Below, piece after piece: positions 61,157 through 64,000 of a stretch of 64,000 nt of DNA. The notes below the pieces were generated by a model. It had not been told where the DNA came from. It saw only the letters and a program-made list of their open reading frames with translations, and did no database searches. The first letter of the stretch is position 1; the number at the start of each line of letters is the position of its first letter. Source of the stretch: Vicugna vicugna. Taxonomy: Eukaryota. The position numbers and the translations under genes were made by a program. Location: the NCBI GenBank assembly GCA_013265495.1, contig MU058584.1:2670508-2734507 (forward strand), in the 5' to 3' direction.

Positions 61157-63639
61157 CACCACACACAGGTCTGAGAGAGAGACAGGGAGACACTGGGTAA
61201 TGGAAGGGGTCACACAGTGCCTGTCCCCTTCCCAGCCCCATGAACTTGTCCTGAGGGCTGACAGGGAGTCGGGTGAGGGCAGAGTGGAGAAGGCTGTGAG
61301 TCCCAGGGTTGCTGCCTCAGGGTCCAGGGACAGAGCACAACCCTCGGTTCCACCTGCAACCAGCACCTTGAGTCACCTAAAGGACCGACACCACCTCTTG
61401 GGACCTAAACCAGCAGCCTCCCAGTAGGCACCCACGGTAGTTGGGGCTATGACTCTCTCCAGCTGCTTCATGAGCAGAGAGCGCTGCAGGGAGGAGCTGG
61501 AACAGGAGAGAAAGGTGGCGGGAATTCTGCCTGGAGACCAGGGCTGATAGACTGCTGCAGCCACAGACAGAAACACTTTGGAGTGGTGGGGGATGGCAGG
61601 CAGCAGTGAGGTAGTTGCAGGGTCTAAAGGTCCCGCGTGCGTAGTGGAGCCAGAGGACTGAATCTTTAATGTTAAACTGCCCCCATTTGCATGCACATGC
61701 AGGTGGGGCTCCCAGGGACACCTGAGTTACACACAGGAGGCTGCCAGTGGAACCAGATGTGTCTGTCCCTTCACAGCACAAGAAAAAATGGACGTGCAGA
61801 AGGCAGAGTCCGAGGGAAGTCCAGCACCTGGCAGGAGTCAGCACCTGGTCCCGAGGTGCACCTGGGACCTGAGCAAGGCTTCTGCCTTCCCTCCTGCTAC
61901 CCTCAACAGGATCAAGGTGTCCCTTCCCCTTTGGCATAGTTAATAATGAGGACCCGGTTCAGTGAAAGTGAATTTAGAAAAACCAAAAGGAAAGAAAAAA
62001 AAGAAAACTCAAGAAAAAACTACCCTGATGGGATCATTTGTGGAAACTGATATTTGTAAATACCCAAGAAGACAGTGAACTCTCGCATACATTTCTGAAC
62101 CCCACCCCGCTACCACCATACCCAGCATACACATCCCACACAGCCCACCCTCAACCAATGTTAATGATTCTGGTCCTCGAAGGTGCTCTGAATTTATGGG
62201 ACCCAGTCAGAGTGGAGGAGAATAAAGAGATGAAACCCCCAAATAGTTCCAATTCTAGTTTTTAAAGCTTATAGAAATACCGCTATCTGCAAATACAATT
62301 AATACACACACTCCAACTATTCCAACTGTGTGATACCCAGGGAAAGACACCCTGAATATTCTTACAGGAGGAAGCTATAAAGAAGGCAGGAGGATGGATA
62401 CATTTTCATAGTAATCTTGCCCTTCTCTTTGTATTAGTTAACATCTTGGGCTTCAGAATAAGGCAAAATTGGAATTTACTTATTAATGCAAAAACAACTG
62501 CAAAAAAAAAATGGAGGCACAGAGAATGCCTGTGCAGCAAGGCATAGCAGATGTCAGTTCAAGTTTTCACCAGGTGGGAGAAAATAAAGCCATTCCGGGA
62601 GTCACTGGGACACAGGTAGAGCCCTAAAATGCGAAGGCTGATAATACAAAAGGATAAAACCCTCTGAGTGGGGCTCCAGGCTCAGGAGATTTCTGCAAAC
62701 TATTATCTAATTTGATTCCCCTCGCTGCATTACAGGGGGATTTAAAACACATCACCTCCAGCTGAAATGGGTTCTGGTAAATTTCTTGAGAGCGCTCACG
62801 GATCTCACGTCATCCTCCGGGTTCAGGGTCAGCGCTACATTAATGACCCACCATTTATCCGCTGGGTAATTCGCTCCCTGGCAACCTACTTTATTTCTGC
62901 TGTATGAATTCAGGAAGCAATTAATAGTTGCCACTAAAGCAACACGATTGAGGGTGCTTTTCCCAATAAAACTGCAGAGCAAGGCACTTCTCTTGCCCCA
63001 GGGCAGAGAAGGGAGGCAAAGCAGATTGGGGCAAAGTACTAAATAGGTTTGCTAATGTCCTGTCAGCCTCCTTCCCCTGCTTGGGCAGAAGTTGAGATGA
63101 CTTTCTGGCTCTTTCTCTTAGCGTGTTATTTCCACTCCATTTCAAAGGAATCATTCCTGTGGCTAACAGCTGTCCACGCTACCTTTTTTGACATCCTCTT
63201 CGCCTTCCGGTTCTGTTCAGGCGAAAGTAATTTAATAATAACACCATAAAAATCAGGGAGAGGGAGCCGTTTACTCATCAAGCCCCCCGCCCCAAATTAT
63301 TCCAATGCAAAAAAGGAATGAAAATAGGGGCGATCTCAGGATTTGACCTCAACTACACTTCACTGGCACTCTTTTAGGTAGCCAAGGCGGATAGCACCCC
63401 ATGAACAGAGAGGTTAAGTGACTTTCCCATCCCAGCACAGAGGGTCAGCAGAAAAGTTCAAATTCAAACAAAACCCACTGGCTTCCTGCTCAGAGCATCG
63501 ATTAGGACATTCTATCATTCCTCTTCCCTAAGGGGTCTGAGCCATTTGCTTCCAAGCTGCGGCACTGCTTCTGCTTGGCTGACCCAGCCCACACGCTCAG
63601 GCCCCTTCTCCCGGTCTTACTGCCGAGGGCTGCCCCTCC

Positions 63640-63999
63640 GACCTAACTAGAAGCAAGTGGAAGCCCCAGTTGGCTCCAAGGAGGAAAGACTCAGCTGGTG
63701 CGACTCTTCGGCCTTTCACCCTTCCCTTTTCAGCCCTACCCTCTTCTCCTTCCTGCCTGGAATGTGACTGCCAGGCTGAGCTGCCCGGTCTTTCTTGGCC
63801 ATGAGGATAAAGACCCACGGGCTAAGGAAAGGAGAACCACAGAAAGAGCCTAACTGCTGGTGGCGGATGAGCCGCCACACCGACCCAGTACCGCCTACCC
63901 GTAGACTCCTTGTGATGTGCCAAAAACAAACTCCACTCCATCTAAGCCAGGGTTACGTGGGTTTCTGTTATTTGAAGCTGAATGTAATTCAGTTGAGAT
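63640..63999 (+). mobile_element. MaLR LTR (MLT1J/K-like)
   Basis: 'ccttcctgcctggaatgtg...tcttggccatgagg...gctaagga', end 'ctaagcca..gtta.gtgggtttctgttatttgaagctgaatgtaattc'. Confidence 0.65.
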
Positions 64000-64000
64000 T

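Larger units (their letters stand above)
6106..64000 (-). other. LMX1A: LMX1A long intron between the LIM1 and LIM2 exons (partial)
   Basis: No LIM1-coding exon (..CEGCQRVI..YCKYDYE) appears in the ORF track or by eye; mammalian LMX1A is known to have a very long intron here. Confidence 0.85.

Noticed and set aside
61377..61937. 186-aa minus-strand ORF
   Set aside because: No recognisable protein features.
6106..64000. Scattered TAATTA sites as evidence of LMX1A autoregulation; recursive splice sites in the long intron
   Set aside because: TAATTA occurs about as often as a 6-mer should. The AG|GTAAG-like motifs I spotted on the minus strand (e.g. ~22325-22332) lack a polypyrimidine tract. 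My scan was by eye, not exhaustive.

Overview
Mammalian genomic DNA, most likely camelid judging from its tRNA-derived Vic-1-like SINEs. The window lies inside the LIM-homeodomain gene LMX1A on the minus strand. The only coding sequence I can support is one 233-nt internal exon (6105->5873) encoding the second LIM domain. Everything else is intron: 1-5872 is the downstream intron and 6106-64000 is part of the very long upstream intron. The introns hold old repeats (L2, CR1/L3, MIR, MLT1, LTR41-like, MER DNA transposons), younger lineage-specific SINE and L1 insertions with visible target-site duplications (TSDs), microsatellites and several non-repetitive, motif-dense blocks that may be intronic enhancers or CTCF sites. 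I found no convincing novel gene system, and the other ORFs in the track look spurious. The best leads are regulatory (TCF/FOXA/OTX cluster near 44.2 kb, octamer cluster near 45.3 kb, CTCF site near 12.2 kb) and retrotransposon-mechanistic (twin-primed L1 inside an LTR, inverted SINE pair). Repeat family names come from recalled consensus sequences, not a database search, and old-repeat boundaries are approximate.
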